From NCBI GenBank assembly GCA_030704615.1, contig CM060732.1, forward strand, positions 35,526,001 to 35,590,000: 64,000 nt of DNA, given 5' to 3'. The notes below the pieces were generated by a model. The model did not search any database, was not told the origin of the DNA, and saw only the letters and a program-made list of their open reading frames with translations. The DNA is from Takakia lepidozioides. Lineage: Eukaryota > Plantae > Bryophyta. Made by a program: the position numbers and the translations under genes. This document shows, piece after piece, positions 61,715 to 64,000 of the stretch; the stretch's first letter is position 1, and each line of letters starts with the position of its first letter.

Positions 61715-62917
61715 TTTTTAGAAAAAATACCTCTTCTCGGTTAAAGAAGATATTCTTGGCTTAACATGCATAAGTTGGATAAAGAACTTTTTCTTTTTTA
61801 GAAAAAATACATTTTCTCGGCTAAAAGATACTTTTAGTTGTTTTTTTTATCTTATGCTCTTTTTTTAGACAACACTTATTCGACAGTATATAAGCTGGCA
61901 GTGAGGCTCATTGTACTTCACTCCATTTCTTTCTTTCCACTGAAGAGCTCAGATTTTGAGCGAAACTAGTCTGGGGCTTATAAAGATTTGCTAGTATTCT
62001 GCATATAAGTGTGTTTTGTCTTACTTTCTCCTTTGAGTTGTTGTACCTTACAGTTGCATTGTTTAGACTGTCTGTCTAGTTTTGCCTTTGCTGCTAGGTT
62101 TGTTCTCTAGTGTGTGTTTTCTCTTCCATAAGAGATATGTTTCTGTTATCCTGTATTTACGGTGAAACAGTCTCAGTCATACACTTTTGTCATTTGCATG
62201 TCTTTGCAACTACACTTTAGAACATATCAACATCACTCATATCCTACCTACGTGTCTTCAGAATCATCTCTTTAAGTTTTTCTATAGATATCTTGCAATT
62301 TTTTTCGGAGCATAACCGGCCCCCAAAAAACTTTTTAGTCTGCACTGTGCTACTATTGCACCCGGTGCATTCATGGTTTCAATTTGTTGTACTGCTACAT
62401 TTATAGTTCCAATCTTTTGTAGACCCTAAACATTTCATATTATGTTAGCTACAACTTCTGAACCTTTATCCTCGAAGCCTCTCCGCATAGAGATGGATGC
62501 TGGTGGTGATTGTAATCGACCATCGTCTTTTTCTCCAATTCGGGAGTGTTCTTCTTCAAGACCACGAGTGATGATGTTTTTCAACAAACGGGATCACATT
62601 CCTACCTTTGTGGAGGCTGCTCAAAAGTTACTGGATAATTCTTTCATACAATACAAGAAGGATTTTAAGAGATTGCAACGTCTCAAAGCAACTGTCGGCC
62701 GACTCAGATCTCAAGAAGTTGCTGGTGAAATCCCTCGTGCTTGTAGAATTTCTTGTCATATGCTTGTGATTTCCTCTTTGGCCGTTCAACCTTCCCTCGA
62801 TGCAAGCATTCAATCAGCCACTCTTGCTTTCCATAACACTGTACAAAAAGCCTTCATCAAGGCTCATGTGGAGGTATTGGCAGAAGCAGAAGCCACTTTG
62901 AGCAAATCATCTGATCT
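61285..62917 (+). mobile_element. Tandem units of PLE subfamily 1 joined at CCCTAAA, followed by the probable PLE N-terminal ORF (62442-62917)
   Basis: Matches 17560-17795 and 18830-19340; junctions TTGTAAACCCTAAA (about 61492) and TTGTAGACCCTAAA (about 62417). Confidence 0.8.
61936..61975 (+). ncRNA. Minimal type I hammerhead ribozyme
   Basis: TCCA-CTGAAGA-GCTCAGATTTTGAGC-GAAAC-TA-GTC^TGGG. Confidence 0.85.
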
Positions 62918-64000
62918 GTGTATGACTGAGACTGTTTCACCGTAAATACAGGATAACAGAAACCTATCTCTTATGGAAGAGAAAACACACACTAGAGAAC
63001 AAACCTAGCAGCAAAGGCAAGACTAGACAGACAGTCTAAACAATGCAACTGTAAGGTGCAACAACACAAAGGAGAAAGTGAGACAAAACACACTTATATG
63101 CAGAATACTAGCAAATCTTTATAAGCCCCCATACTAGTTTCGCTCAAAATCTGAGCTCTTCAGTGGGAAGAAAGAAATGGAATGAAGTACAATGAGCCTC
63201 ACTACCAGCTTATATACTGATGAATAAGTGTTGTCTCAAAAAGAGCATAACATAAAAAAAACAACTAAAAGTATCTTTTAGCCGAGAAAATGTCATTTTT
63301 CTAAAAAGGAAAAAGTTCTTTTTCCAATTTATGAAGCCAAGAATATCTCATTCAATATAATTGACTCTATTGTAACTTAGCGCGAACTAAATAGGAACAT
63401 ATATTCCTCGTTTTTTTTCCAACAAACCATAGGTTTGTCAAAAGATGCTAACTGCGGAACTTTCAGAAGATGCTCATGCAGTTCAGGGTTTAGGACTCCC
63501 CCAAGGTTTAGAGCTTGAGTATATCGAGAATGCTCAAGTTTCAGAACCAAGGGGGTCCGCTTACCCATCAACTTACGAGTGGATTCTGAAGCTAACAGTG
63601 TAGCACATTGTGCATGGTCACATAGTCTAAAACACTCTAAGATAAAAGACTCTGGATAGCCTCGAGCACGCAGTCGTTCATAGAACAGTCGTCTGATCTC
63701 TGAAAAACCTGCACATGTGCTTTCTCTCAAAGTGTATCGGCGTAGCTCACCAATGATGAATGCTCGTTTTTGGTGTCGCGGATGACATGACATCCATGGC
63801 AAGTACTGATATCTGTTGAGTGCCTTCTGATGACAGCTCGAAGATAGAATCCCACTATTGACAAAATCAGCTCCCTTGAAGAATTGAATATCAAGAATGT
63901 CAACAGTAGAGTCAGAGAACACCCTTTGAATACGAATCGTGGGACTGAGAGAGTTGTATCGATCGAGCCAAGTCTCCAAACTTGCCCGAGATCCTTCCCA
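62917..64000 (-). mobile_element. Inverted PLE copy: RT C-terminal part (64000-63370) and pLTR
   Basis: ORF 63377..63979 is nearly identical to 18340-18930. Confidence 0.9.
63128..63167 (-). ncRNA. Minimal type I hammerhead ribozyme (GUA cleavage triplet)
   Basis: Minus strand: CCCA-CTGAAGA-GCTCAGATTTTGAGC-GAAAC-TA-GTA^TGGG. Confidence 0.83.

Overview
Repeat-dense eukaryotic plant DNA, probably from a non-seed plant (GT-AG introns, TTTAGGG telomeric repeats, a plastid-type acyl-ACP thioesterase gene). Only one clearly intact host gene is present: a 7-exon FatA/FatB-type thioesterase at 5600-8453 (-). The rest is nested mobile DNA. (1) An 11.3-kb Mutator-like DNA transposon at 49389-60683 has TIRs and an 8-bp TSD, confirmed by empty sites in this window. 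It carries a GCM-like/DDE/SWIM transposase and, divergently, an intron-containing gene with a beta-class amino-(N4C/N6A) DNA methyltransferase-like domain. Its non-coding parts hold arrays built on the palindrome GGAAATTCGGCGCCGAATTTCC. Further partial copies lie at 1-690, 20241-23938 and 35970-37035. This is the best candidate for an undescribed system. (2) Penelope-like retroelements with no visible endonuclease carry five minimal hammerhead ribozymes and have telomeric repeats at their junctions. (3) A recent chromodomain Ty3/gypsy element (25811-32777) is inserted into an older copy of itself. (4) A Crinkler-like kinase gene is interrupted by a genomic fragment of the DNA primase small-subunit gene. 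There are also LINE fragments, hAT MITEs and a tRNA-derived SINE. All calls are by eye, with no database searches. Many single-base frameshifts may be assembly errors.
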